In this document: piece by piece, positions 9,724 through 23,570 of the stretch
Layout of the letters: the number at the start of each line of letters is the position of its first letter
Numbering within the stretch: position 1 is the first letter of the stretch
Origin: Eledone cirrhosa
Lineage: Eukaryota
DNA length: 64,000 bases
Assembly (NCBI GenBank): GCA_964016885.1
Contig: CAXHJY010001394.1
Coordinates: forward strand, 124,001 to 188,000
Reading direction: 5' to 3'
Translations under genes and position numbers: made by a program
Notes under the pieces: generated by a model
What the model saw: only the letters and a program-made list of their open reading frames with translations
What the model was told of the DNA's origin: nothing
Database searches by the model: none

Positions 9724-9785
9724 TGACGTCACATTCTTCTACTTTCACTTCTGACAGCCAATTCCGTTGTAGTGCCATATATAAA
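9724..9785 (+). promoter_or_regulatory. Putative Pol II promoter-like cluster: CRE, CCAAT, TATA
   Basis: TGACGTCA at 9724-9731, agCCAAT with core at 9758-9762, TATATAAA at 9778-9785, in canonical order. Motif match only, no expression evidence. Copies at +14581, +27578, +38991, +51988. Confidence 0.3.
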
Positions 9786-9910
9786 CATGATGGTCACGGC
9801 TGGAACAACTTTAATTATAGGTCTGCTCAATCATACTAACATGGGATTTAAATTGAGCAAAGTTGGAGTTGTCTCCCTTGGTACTTTACTACGCTACGTT
9901 TGTTTATATA

Positions 9911-12900
9911 TATCATCATCATCATCTTCAACATTATCATTTAACGTTCATTGTTATCACACCTGCATGGGTTATACAGGTTGTCACGTTATGAGACATG
10001 TCAGGTGTGGAGACCAGGTCTCATATGGATGTGTATTTTGGTTTGGTTTCTAAGGCTGGATGCCCTTCTTAACACGAAACACGTTACAATGTGGACTGCA
10101 CACTTTTGTATGACCACCTTACAGGATGAACTGGGTGTTTTTATTGTTGTAGCATCAACGAGGTGTGTGGGATATTTAGCAGGTGAGGGCAGGGCCTTAT
10201 GAATAGGAAGGGGTGATGAGAAGATTGGTGAAGACTAGTGTGTTCTCTACATGTTTGTTTTATTTCATTTTCAGCACATGGGAGGGGGGGGGGGTCTTCT
10301 ACATTACAGCATGACGCCAGAGATCTCGATCCTGTGACATTTCCATTGAGAGGTTTAATTGGGCAAGGCGAGCTTTTATTATTTCATCCCAAGCTTTCCT
10401 AGGTCTTCCCCTTTCATAGTTAACATCGACTTTGACAACCCTGCACCTTGTTATACAGCTGTCACCTTCCATATACATCACATGTCCAAACCACCACAAT
10501 CTCCTCTCCTCTACACTGCATCTGACCTCTCTTATACCTAGTTTCTCTCTCAGTTTATTAATGCTTGTTGTTCATGCACACTATTACACATCTATCAGAT
10601 CCTGTAAACTTCATTTCTTTCCAGTCTTTATAGGTCCTCTGAATATATTGCCCTGGTCTCACTTCAATGTAACATTGCTGTTTGTACACAGACTTCATAC
10701 AATCTGCCTTTCACTTTCAGGGGAAATCATTTTGTAGGCATCAGTAGTAGTAGCTCCCTAAACTGTTTCCATCCCATTCTCACTCAGGCTACTGTACCTT
10801 CAGAACACCCACCTCCACTGTTAATTTGGTTAATTAAGTTAACAGAAATTATGAACCGGTTTCTACAGAGCCTTCTGGACATTTAACCCTTTAGCATTTA
10901 AACCAGCCATACCTAGCCAGAATACTCTCACATCTTTCTGTTCAAACCAGCCATAACTGGCCACTCATACTGACGTTAAGGTATTGTTCTCAATATAAAT
11001 AATATCAAAATCTCATAGATTCGATATTATATGAGATAATTATGTAAGATAAAGCCTTTACCACAAAAATACAATAGTATATATAGAGTAATAAAAATGC
11101 TAAAGGGTAAAAGTAGCTTATTATTTTGTGAGCTCTTGCTACTTATTGCTCTTGTGCATCAAGAACATACACAGCTTACATTTTGTTGCTAATCTCACTG
11201 AGATCCAACTACATCTCTTGTTTATCCATAGTTTGGAATTTCTACCTACTCCTTTCCTTTAGAATGATCAAGGCCATTTTCTTGTGGGGATCTAGGCCCT
11301 GTTTTCCTTTCTATTTTGCCAAGTTATCTTACATCACTTTCATTCTAGACCATGCTTCCAGGTTTGGAATTTCTCCTCTAATTTTACCACAGATTAAGTG
11401 ACAAGGGTTCAATCATGTGCATACAGGAGTTCCCATGGACAGCCAGTAATATGTAATAGCCTGCAGGATGATAATAAACAGAAGAGGGTTAATTACAGAG
11501 CCCTGATAGAGGGTTAATAACAGAGCCCTGATAGACTTGTTCACTCAACTCCTCACTATAGCCATCATTACTTTTAACCTTACTGACTGCTCCTCCATAC
11601 ATGGCTTTTACTGCTCTCACAAGCCACTCATATACCCCTAGTTTTCTAAGTTATACACCAGATTATGGAAGGGGGAAGTCTCACAGAAGCTCTCTCTGGG
11701 TCAACAAATGCCAAGTAGAGGGGCTTATTTTAGCTAGGTACTACTCTTGCAGTTGCCACACAAGGAAGAGGACATCAGTGGTACTTTTACCTGGCACAAA
11801 TCCAAACTTCATCTCATCTAGGTTAACTTGGTCCCTAATCAGCTGTGTTATAAATCTAACACCTTCATGAAGTGGTCCATCTAATATTTCTATAGTTTTC
11901 TAGCTCTAGTACATCTCCTTTGCCCTTGTAGCAGTTGATGATGATGATACTACACCATTTATTTGGTATGACACCATTTTGTATTACATGCTGTACGATA
12001 CCAGTGGTTAAGATGTGACCCACCACCCCAGATACTTTCAGTATCTCAGCAACTATCACCAATGGACAAGATACTTTCTCTGTCTTCATATCCTTAATTA
12101 CCTTACTACACTACTGCTTACTTGTATGGCTGGACCCTCTGTTGGGCCCACTTTCCGTAGACTATCTTCCTCCCATGCATTCTCCTCATTCAGTAATCTT
12201 TCATAAAGGCATTTCCATGTTACAAAGGTTGGCTGAAAAGTTCATAGACTATCAATGATAGCATGATGCTAGAGCTGTGAAATCTTGCCTGCATTAATTT
12301 CAACTCTTCTTATTAATAACTGCATTGTTTCCTTCCAGGGACTATGTTGAAAAATAAACCTCATTTGGTCATTCCATGAGTGTATCTTGGTCTGCCTATG
12401 AACTTTTCAGCTGACCCTATTCAGCATCAGTGAGCCCAAATGCCCCATTATCATCCTGGACACACTTTACCCCAACATCACAATTTGCCCTCACACACTG
12501 CCTCACAATCCTGAACATCTCATGTATTTCATCCTCACATCATAAAACCAACTGAAATTATATATTCTCTGCTTCCCTCCTTGCAAAGAATACTTCTTGC
12601 CTAGCTTCCTGTAGTGTACCCTCCAGCTGCCTCCATTCTGCCATTATTCCATGCCTGTCTCTTGGCCTTAACTGTCTCATCTACCCTAGTGTTTCACCAC
12701 CAAGATACTCTCCTCTCTGAAGCCCTGCTCCAGCCACAGATCTAGTTTGACACCTTCAGCAAAGGTTCTTTAAGGAACTCCCACTGTTCCCCTATATTGT
12801 ATGTTTCTATTTGTTCTTCCTTACTGTTGTAAAGATCAAACAAAATATCTCTAAATTTGGAACTGGCTGAGGGGTCCTTTAACTTCCATATCCTTCTCCT

Positions 12901-13105
12901 CCAAGTTGCCCTCAGTCTTCAAGTTCATCTAAGTCTATGAAATCACTAACTACTGGGTTATGTTGGGAGGTGCATTCTTCCCCAGGGGGTGGGGATTGTG
13001 TGTTTACAAATGTCAATATCTCATCTTCTGGTGAGGATAAAAATCTGACTGGCATGCTCCTCTGACCAATAGGTGTTGAAGTGGTTGTCGGGTAAACGTT
13101 AAGAC
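9911..13105 (-). mobile_element. Decayed 5'-truncated RTE-clade LINE with 3' UTR and (GAT)n tail, containing two nested MITEs
   Basis: (catcat)n tail at ~9911-9925. C-terminal peptide WWFGHV..GRPRKAWDEII at 10299-10499 (W.GHV and GRP are typical of RTE C-termini). Degenerate YADD motif (PWELLYAHD) at ~11410-11437. RT N-terminus at 11865-12089; APE end at ~12912-13100. Confidence 0.9.
10887..11107. mobile_element. piggyBac-like MITE (221 bp) inserted in the minus-strand LINE
   Basis: TTAA|CCCTTTAGCATTT ... AAATGCTAAAGGG|TAAA. CCC..GGG termini and a TTAA target are piggyBac hallmarks; the right TSD is degenerate. Copies at 25468-25688, 38465-38685, 49878-50098, 62875-63095. Confidence 0.8.
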
Positions 13106-13453
13106 CCTCTGATATACATATATATATATATACTAGCAGTGGTACCCGGCGTTGCACGGGATAACGTATTTCGGAACGCGGGCCGCCATCTTCCACTTCA
13201 GCCGGTCGCCCTAAAGTGTTGGCTATTCAGTCTACTTGAGGCCAGTTGGTGAGGGGGGGTAAAGCTTTCAGTGTGCTACTACCCTCACGGTCAAATAGAA
13301 AGGGAGAGGAAGAAAAGTCAGCGTTAATATCGTGCTACACGTTTGAAAGGTTGGATGACCTTAGAGTTCACCAGGGTGGGGGGTTCTAAAAGTATCTATC
13401 TTGGTATTTTATCTTAGAAGTAATCATTACAGAGTGTACTGGGTGTATTTTAG

Positions 13454-14245
13454 TGGGCAGTAATTCCATAAAGAACACAGTATAATCTGTGGACACAAGC
13501 CTTGCAGTGTGATTACAGGCAGGTTAATGGGAAAGATAGATTATATATGTGACATGATGTACATGAGAAGTGAGGACACAGACCACACATGAAATAGATT
13601 CCTACAACTGTCAGGGAGGCTCCCTAGAATTACAGATGACATATTTCAATATCTCGGTGATCAAGTTAGCAGTGGAGGAAGAATCTCTAAAAGTGTAATA
13701 CCCAGGATAAGGACAGGCTGGAAGAAGTTTAGAGTACTGTTCCATCTGTTGACAACAAAGGGCTTCTCTCTCAGAATGGAGGCTAGACTGCTTGATACTT
13801 ATGTGTGGTCTGCAATCTACACCCCAGCCATGCCCCTTCCACTACCACTCCTTAGCTATTTCTCTCCATTAATACTCCTCACATTTCAAGCAGTTTTCTC
13901 ATCTCAATGAAAGAAAAATATTGGGCTCAAGAGAAGTCTTCAGTTATGCCATGGTGTGGCAACCTCCCTAGGGTTGGGCAGAGTGTAAATGAGAGTGAAA
14001 TTAGGTATGAGAGGGATCATATGCAGTATACAAGAGAGTAGATTACATTGGTATGGTCATGTGATGGGTATAAAGGATGACAGCTGTATAAAAATGTGCT
14101 GGGCAATCAAAGTTGATGGAAGTTATGAAGGCGGAAGACCCAGGATGACCTGGGATGAGGTGATAAAAGATGACTTTGCACAATTGCAACTCTCAAAGAC
14201 AATGACACAGGATAGAGATCTTGAGATGTATGCAGCAATACAGAA
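13454..14245 (+). mobile_element. Copy of RTE C-terminal fragment
   Basis: Identical ORF at 13989. Confidence 0.88.
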
Positions 14246-17200
14246 GGCCCTGTGCGTCGATCGTGGGCCGGCCGGATGTTGACGGATCGATGTGTAATTA
14301 GAAGTACATGTGCGGACACTCATTGGCTGTGCGTGGTATGCATTTCAGCAAGATATCTCCGTAACATCAAGAGTTATGGCTGTGGAGGCACACCTAGTCA
14401 AACGTAAACAAGCTCTGGAGCGTATACGCTTCGCGATTTTGTTTACGTTTGACTAGGTGTGCCTCCACAGCCACAACTCTTGATGTTACGGAGATATCTT
14501 GCTGAAATGCATACCACGCACAGCCAATGAGTGTCCGCACATGTACTTCTAATTACACATCGATCCGTCAACATCCGGCCGGCCCACGATCGACGCACAG
14601 GGCCGGATGGCCCGTTTGCAGTGAATTTTCACCGGAATCGATCTGTAATTACTGGTACATGTGCGGACACACATTTGCTGTGTGTGGTGTGATTTTCACG
14701 AAAAACTGCCCATGCTAAATGAGGAAGCTGAAGTCCGCCGGCGAATGGTGTGCTTCGAAGAAAACTAATTCGAAAATGACCGTTTGCAGGCGGAGTAACC
14801 TTTTCGATCGTGGGCCAGCCGCCCGTGGTGGGATACATCTGTAATTACTGGTACATGTGCGGACACACATTTGCTGTGTGTGGTGTGATTTTCGAGAAAG
14901 ACTGCCCATGCTAAATGAGGAAGCTGAAGTCCGCCGGCGAATGGTGTGCTTCGAAGAAAACTAATTCGAAAATGACTATTTGCCGGCGGAATCACCTTTT
15001 CGGTCCTGGTCCGGCCGGATCTTGCCGGATCGATCGGAAATTTGTGGACCATGTTCGGAAGGCCATTGTGCATGTGTGGTGAAAAAAATTTGTGTCGAAA
15101 TCTTCTCGGAAAATAACGGATCGCCGGCGGAGATTGCCATTTCGATCGTGGGCCGGCCGGATCTTGTCGGATCGATTCGGACATATGTGCATCGTGTTCG
15201 CAAGGCCCTTGTCTATGTGTGGTGTGATTTTCATAAAGAAATTCCGAAAAACCCAGTTTTAAATCTGATTTCGCCAAAGAATTTTGGCTATCAGATCGGG
15301 TTGAAAGGTATGGTTTCAGGTCGATCTGAAAGTCTAAAATGGAATTCACTCGGTTAGCTAACTTTTGATATATCGGAGATATCTTTCTGAAAATCACACC
15401 ACACACTCCCAATGAGTGTCTGCACATGTACGAGTAATTACAGATGGATCCCACCACGGGCGGCCGGCCCACGATCGAAAAGGTTACTCCGAAGCACACC
15501 ATTCGCCGGCGGAATTCATTTAGCATGGGCAGTTTTTCTCGAAAATCACACCACACACAGCCAATGAGTGTCCGCACATGTACCAGTAATTACAGATGGA
15601 TCCCACCACGGGCGGCTGGCCCACGATCGAAAAGGTTACTCCGCCTGCAAACGGTCATTTTCGAATTAGTTTTCTTCGAAGCACACCATTCGCCGGCGGA
15701 CTTCAGCTTCCTCATTTAGCATGGGCAGTTTTTCTCGAAAATCACACCACACACAGCAAATGTGTGTCCGCACATGTACCAGTAATTACAGATCGATTCC
15801 GGTGAAAATTCACTGAAAACGGGCCATTCTGCCCTGTGCGTCGATCGTGGGCCGGCCGGATGTTGACGGATCGATGTGTAATTAGAAGTACATGTGCGGA
15901 CACTCATTGGCTGTGCGTGGTATGCATTTCAGCAAGATATCTCCGTAACATCAAGAGTTATGGCTGTGGAGGCACACCTAGTCAAACGTAAACAAGCTCT
16001 GGAGCGTATACGCTTCGCGATTTTGTTTACGTTTGACTAGGTGTGCCTCCACAGCCACAACTCTTGATGTTACGGAGATATCTTGCTGAAATGCATACCA
16101 CGCACAGCCAATGAGTGTCCGCACATGTACTTCTAATTACACATCGATCCGTCAACATCCGGCCGGCCCACGATCGACGCACAGGGCCGGATGGCCCGTT
16201 TTCAGTGAATTTTCACCGGAATCGATCTGTAATTACTGGTACATGTGCGGACACACATTTGCTGTGTGTGGTGTGATTTTCACGAAAAACTGCCCATGCT
16301 AAATGAGGAAGCTGAAGTCCGCCGGCGAATGGTGTGCTTCGAAGAAAACTAATTCGAAAATGACCGTTTGCAGGCGGAGTAACCTTTTCGATCGTGGGCC
16401 AGCCGCCCGTGGTGGGATACATCTGTAATTACTGGTACATGTGCGGACACACATTTGCTGTGTGTGGTGTGATTTTCGAGAAAGACTGCCCATGCTAAAT
16501 GAGGAAGCTGAAGTCCGCCGGCGAATGGTGTGCTTCGAAGAAAACTAATTCGAAAATGACTATTTGCCGGCGGAATCACCTTTTCGGTCCTGGTCCGGCC
16601 GGATCTTGCCGGATCGATCGGAAATTTGTGGACCATGTTCGGAAGGCCATTGTGCATGTGTGGTGAAAAAAATTTGTGTCGAAATCTTCTCGGAAAATAA
16701 CGGATCGCCGGCGGAGATTGCCATTTCGATCGTGGGCCGGCCGGATCTTGTCGGATCGATTCGGACATATGTGCATCGTGTTCGCAAGGCCCTTGTCTAT
16801 GTGTGGTGTGATTTTCATAAAGAAATTCCGAAAAACCCAGTTTTAAATCTGATTTCGCCAAAGAATTTTGGCTATCAGATCGGGTTGAAAGGTATGGTTT
16901 CAGGTCGATCTGAAAGTCTAAAATGGAATTCACTCGGTTAGCTAACTTTTGATATATCGGAGATATCTTTCTGAAAATCACACCACACACTCCCAATGAG
17001 TGTCTGCACATGTACCAGTAATTACAGATGGATCCCACCACGGGCGGCCGGCCCACGATCGAAAAGGTTACTCCGAAGCACACCATTCGCCGGCGGAATT
17101 CATTTAGCATGGGCAGTTTTTCTCGAAAATCACACCACACACAGCCAATGAGTGTCCGCACATGTACCAGTAATTACAGATGGATCCCACCACGGGCGGC

Positions 17201-20200
17201 TGGCCCACGATCGAAAAGGTTACTCCGCCTGCAAACGGTCATTTTCGAATTAGTTTTCTTCGAAGCACACCATTCGCCGGCGGACTTCAGCTTCCTCATT
17301 TAGCATGGGCAGTTTTTCTCGAAAATCACACCACACACAGCAAATGTGTGTCCGCACATGTACCAGTAATTACAGATCGATTCCGGTGAAAATTCACTGA
17401 AAACGGGCCATTCTGCCCTGTGCGTCGATCGTGGGCCGGCCGGATGTTGACGGATCGATGTGTAATTAGAAGTACATGTGCGAACACTCATTGGCTGTGC
17501 GTGGTATGCATTTCAGCAAGATATCTCCGTAACATCAAGAGTTATGGCTGTGGAGGCACACCTAGTCAAACGTAAACAAGCTCTGGAGCGTATACGCTTC
17601 GCGATTTTGTTTACGTTTGACTAGGTGTGCCTCCACAGCCACAACTCTTGATGTTACGGAGATATCTTGCTGAAATGCATACCACGCACAGCCAATGAGT
17701 GTCCGCACATGTACTTCTAATTACACATCGATCCGTCAACATCCGGCCGGCCCACGATCGACGCACAGGGCCGGATGGCCCGTTTTCAGTGAATTTTCAC
17801 CGGAATCGATCTGTAATTACTGGTACATGTGCGGACACACATTTGCTGTGTGTGGTGTGATTTTCACGAAAAACTGCCCATGCTAAATGAGGAAGCTGAA
17901 GTCCGCCGGCGAATGGTGTGCTTCGAAGAAAACTAATTCGAAAATGACCGTTTGCAGGCGGAGTAACCTTTTCGATCGTGGGCCAGCCGCCCGTGGTGGG
18001 ATACATCTGTAATTACTGGTACATGTGCGGACACACATTTGCTGTGTGTGGTGTGATTTTCGAGAAAGACTGCCCATGCTAAATGAGGAAGCTGAAGTCC
18101 GCCGGCGAATGGTGTGCTTCGAAGAAAACTAATTCGAAAATGACTATTTGCCGGCGGAATCACCTTTTCGGTCCTGGTCCGGCCGGATCTTGCCGGATCG
18201 ATCGGAAATTTGTGGACCATGTTCGGAAGGCCATTGTGCATGTGTGGTGAAAAAAATTTGTGTCGAAATCTTCTCGGAAAATAACGGATCGCCGGCGGAG
18301 ATTGCCATTTCGATCGTGGGCCGGCCGGATCTTGTCGGATCGATTCGGACATATGTGCATCGTGTTCGCAAGGCCCTTGTCTATGTGTGGTGTGATTTTC
18401 ATAAAGAAATTCCGAAAAACCCAGTTTTAAATCTGATTTCGCCAAAGAATTTTGGCTATCAGATCGGGTTGAAAGGTATGGTTTCAGGTCGATCTGAAAG
18501 TCTAAAATGGAATTCACTCGGTTAGCTAACTTTTGATATATCGGAGATATCTTTCTGAAAATCACACCACACACTCCCAATGAGTGTCTGCACATGTACC
18601 AGTAATTACAGATGGATCCCACCACGGGCAGCCGGCCCACGATCGAAAAGGTTACTCCGAAGCACACCATTCGCCGGCGGAATTCATTTAGCATGGGCAG
18701 TTTTTCTCGAAAATCACACCACACACAGCCAATGAGTGTCCGCACATGTACCAGTAATTACAGATGGATCCCACCACGGGCGGCTGGCCCACGATCGAAA
18801 AGGTTACTCCGCCTGCAAACGGTCATTTTCGAATTAGTTTTCTTCGAAGCACACCATTCGCCGGCGGACTTCAGCTTCCTCATTTAGCATGGGCAGTTTT
18901 TCTCGAAAATCACACCACACACAGCAAATGTGTGTCCGCACATGTACCAGTAATTACAGATCGATTCCGGTGAAAATTCACTGAAAACGGGCCATTCTGC
19001 CCTGTGCGTCGATCGTGGGCCGGCCGGATGTTGACGGATCGATGTGTAATTAGAAGTACATGTGCGGACACTCATTGGCTGTGCGTGGTATGCATTTCAG
19101 CAAGATATCTCCGTAACATCAAGAGTTATGGCTGTGGAGGCACACCTAGTCAAACGTAAACAAGCTCTGGAGCGTATACGCTTCGCGATTTTGTTTACGT
19201 TTGACTAGGTGTGCCTCCACAGCCACAACTCTTGATGTTACGGAGATATCTTGCTGAAATGCATACCACGCACAGCCAATGAGTGTCCGCACATGTACTT
19301 CTAATTACACATCGATCCGTCAACATCCGGCCGGCCCACGATCGACGCACAGGGCCGGATGGCCCGTTTTCAGTGAATTTTCACCGGAATCGATCTGTAA
19401 TTACTGGTACATGTGCGGACACACATTTGCTGTGTGTGGTGTGATTTTCACGAAAAACTGCCCATGCTAAATGAGGAAGCTGAAGTCCGCCGGCGAATGG
19501 TGTGCTTCGAAGAAAACTAATTCGAAAATGACCGTTTGCAGGCGGAGTAACCTTTTCGATCGTGGGCCAGCCGCCCGTGGTGGGATACATCTGTAATTAC
19601 TGGTACATGTGCGGACACACATTTGCTGTGTGTGGTGTGATTTTCGAGAAAGACTGCCCATGCTAAATGAGGAAGCTGAAGTCCGCCGGCGAATGGTGTG
19701 CTTCGAAGAAAACTAATTCGAAAATGACTATTTGCCGGCGGAATCACCTTTTCGGTCCTGGTCCGGCCGGATCTTGCCGGATCGATCGGAAATTTGTGGA
19801 CCATGTTCGGAAGGCCATTGTGCATGTGTGGTGAAAAAAATTTGTGTCGAAATCTTCTCGGAAAATAACGGATCGCCGGCGGAGATTGCCATTTCGATCG
19901 TGGGCCGGCCGGATCTTGTCGGATCGATTCGGACATATGTGCATCGTGTTCGCAAGGCCCTTGTCTATGTGTGGTGTGATTTTCATAAAGAAATTCCGAA
20001 AAACCCAGTTTTAAATCTGATTTCGCCAAAGAATTTTGGCTATCAGATCGGGTTGAAAGGTATGGTTTCAGGTCGATCTGAAAGTCTAAAATGGAATTCA
20101 CTCGGTTAGCTAACTATTGATATATCGGAGATATCTTTCTGAAAATCACACCACACACTCCCAATGAGTGTCTGCACATGTCCCAGTAATTACAGATGGA

Positions 20201-20517
20201 TCCCACCACGGGCGGCCGGCCCACGATCGAAAAGGTTACTCCGAAGCACACCATTCGCCGGCGGAATTCATTTAGCATGGGCAGTTTTTCTCGAAAATCA
20301 CACCACACACAGCCAATCAGTGTCCGCACATGTACCAGTAATTACAGATGGATCCCACTACGGGCGGCTGGCCCACGATCGAAAAGGTTACTCCGCCTGC
20401 AAACGGTCATTTTCGAATTCGTTTTCTTCGAAGCACACCATTCGCCGGCGGACTTCAGCTGCCTCATTTAGCATGGGCAGCTTTTCTCGAAAATCACACC
20501 ACACACAGCCAATGAGT
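14246..20517. repeat. Palindromic 1584-bp satellite block, unit 2 (about 4 copies)
   Basis: ORF starts 14527, 16111, 17695, 19279 (period 1584); same junctions as unit 1. Confidence 0.97.
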
Positions 20518-20592
20518 TTAAAATACTCACCGTTTGATTTGGAAAAACTTAAAATGCTCACATATATATGTGTATGTATTTATCTATGCATG

Positions 20593-20638
<46 letters not shown>

Positions 20639-22595
20639 TGTATTTATCTATGTATTTATCTATATGCATGGATATATATATATATATATATATTTATCTA
20701 TGTATTTATCTATATGCATGGATATATATATATATATATATATATATGTATTTATCTATGCATGTATGAATATATAAAATATATATATATATATATGTGT
20801 GTATGTATTTATCTATGCATGTATGAATATATAAAATATATATATATATATATATGTATGTATTTATCTATGCATGTATATATATATAAATATATACATA
20901 AATATATATATATATATATGTATTTATCTATGCATGTGTGCATACATATATATATATATATATGTATTTATCTATACATGTATGTATATATATATATATA
21001 CATATATAAGTATTTATCTATACATGTATGTATATATATATATACATATATATGTATTTATCTATACATGTATGTATATATATATATATATATATATGTA
21101 TATAAGTATTTATCTATACATGTATGTATATATAAAATATTGTCATGTTTACAAAAATATTTTTCTAATATCGTGTTTAATATTTTATATTGTCGTCTGC
21201 TTCTCTTCTCACGTGGTTACTAACTCTCTCACCCTCTCTCTCTTTCCCCTCTCATACAACCCCTTCTTTCTCTTTCTTTCCCCTCTCACACAACCTCTTC
21301 TTTCTCTCTCTTTTTGCCAGTCCCTTCTCTCACTCTCTCTCCCTCTTCCTTTTTTATCTCTTTCTTTCTGTCTCTGTTTCCCTCCTATAGACATTCTCTC
21401 TCTCTCTTTCTGCTCTCACTCAGCCTTCTCTCTCTTTCCCCTCTCACACAGTCTTCTCTCTCTCTCTTTCCCCTCTCACACAGCATTCTCTCTCTCTCTC
21501 TCTCTCTTTCCCCTCTCACACAGCATTCTCTCTCTCTCTCTCTCTTTATTTCCCCTCTCACACAGCCTTCTCTCTCTATCTATCTATCTCTCTCTCTGGA
21601 GATTTTTTAACACAAAGTCACACAAGGATTAGAAAAATGGCGATAATCACTTTGAAAGTAACAATTATGCAATAAATAGTTGTTATTGCCACGTCTCGTA
21701 TCCTCCTTTGGCAATGTGTAAAATGTTAGCGAGATCGAGTGAACAATACACAAGTTATAATACTTTACAGACGGGACTTATACAGTAGATGTAGCAAAAT
21801 GCGTAGATTACGATTCTTGAGACGAGATTAAAATATACGATTATGGGATACTTTAAGAAGACGAGTAGATGTTTGAGTAGATTTAGCTGCTTTTTCTAGC
21901 ATTTTTAGTTATACTTTGAAGCAAATTTTTTTTGTTACTATTATATTAAAAGTTATCTGGTTACGTTATTTGACTGGTATTTCTAGCATTTTACAAGGAC
22001 CACGTGTGTGTTTTATTTGAGGAAGATCTAGTTGTTATTTCTGATATTTTCTTCATCAAGTTAGTTGCTATTTCCTGCATCCTCTTGAAGACAAGGAATA
22101 ATAATGAATTAGCTGCTGTTTCTAGTAGGTTCTATGGTAGTGGTGAGCGTGGGAGGGAGGTTTGACTGCTATTTTTAGCAGGTTCTAAGGCATTGAGGTT
22201 TATGTTTTACGAGAGATTTGGCTGTTATTTCTAACATGTTATAATGGAGAGAGAGAGAGAGAGTATAAGATATACAGAGAGAGGGAGTATAAGATATAGA
22301 GAGAGGGGAAACGGCCGATGTTTACGTTGAGAAAACCTAATAAAATGTTATAAATGGGTTTATAAAGAATAGAATGAGATAAACAAGACAAAGTTAGATA
22401 AAATAAATCAGCTGTAAGGATATTATACGATATATTTATAATATTTTAATATATTTTTCCTGGTCGTCTGCTGCCATTGATAGAGAGAGGAGTGGTGGGA
22501 GGTAGCCATAACAACCGTGGTAGCAGCACTGAGGTTTGTTTTTAAAGAAGTGAATACAAGAAAAACAAGCAACTAAGAATATTAATCTCTTAAAC

Positions 22596-23421
22596 CCTTC
22601 AAGATGTGTATGACAAGAAAGAAGACGTTTTAGAGTCGTATGACATAGATGATAACTGGAAATTCTTACGTGACAACTTACTGCAGGCTACTGAAGAAAC
22701 TTGTGGCTGGAGCAGAGCTCCGACCAGACAGAGAGTGACCTGGTGGTGGGACAACACGGTAGATAAGGCCATTAGAGACAAAAGACTAGCATGGAACACT
22801 TGAAAAAATGGTGGGAGTAGAGACCGATACACAGCTGCTAAGAGAGAAGCTAGACGTCAGATGTACTTAGCACGCACGGAGGCTGAGAGTAGGAGGTTTG
22901 CCAATGTTCTGTGATGGGAAGATCAGAGGCGTGCGGTGTTCCACATTGCAAGGCATGGTGTCAGTGTAAATCAGGATGTTGTTGGAGATAAGTGTATCCG
23001 GAATGATGCCAGTGTACTTGGTGTCACGAATGATCAAAAAAAGGAGGCCTGGAAATATCATTATGAGAGGCTGATGAATTGTGGAGAATGAATGGGAGAG
23101 AGGGAAACTATCCCCAGTAGACCCAACAGAGGGACCAGCTATTGAGATTGGGGAATATAGGGTACAAGAGGCAATTAAGGAAATGAAGAATGGCAAGGCT
23201 ACTGGACTCTAGGGGATAGTTGCTCAGATGCTGAAGGCATCAGAAGTAGGCACTAAACTGGTTACACACATCATCAATCAAGCTATATATGGTAGTGTCA
23301 TACCCAAAGAATGGTGCAGCAGTATTCTCATAAATTGGTACAAAGGTAAAGGGGATGCTCTGGAGAGGAGCAATTATATGGGCACTTCAATATTTAATGA
23401 TACAGGTGATAAAACAACAAC
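22596..23421 (+). mobile_element. Copy of RTE linker/RT N-terminal fragment
   Basis: Identical ORFs at 22606 and 23228. Confidence 0.9.
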
Positions 23422-23570
23422 TATAAGGTAAATAAGTCACCTTATGTTATTTACAAACATTAACGTCCACCTTAATATGAAATAATCACCATAAAAGAGG
23501 AAGCGAGGGCATCGGCTACCGGCACCCGGGCTGCTCTCTCATCCTGAGTGGGATCTTCCAGCGTTGATGC

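Noticed and set aside
9772-10202. ORFs downstream of the TATA-like motif (93 aa and 83 aa) as genes
   Set aside because: They start at non-ATG codons, mostly overlap the antisense LINE tail and 3' UTR, and show no recognisable protein features.
1-11415. rDNA, 5S, tRNA, snRNA or histone gene as the reason for the tandem array
   Set aside because: No recognisable conserved sequence of these families on either strand by eye. An Rfam and tRNAscan search is needed to exclude divergent RNAs.
9911-13105. Active retrotransposon or functional reverse transcriptase
   Set aside because: The catalytic YADD is degenerate (YAHD then stop), with multiple stops, frameshifts, two MITE insertions and 5' truncation.
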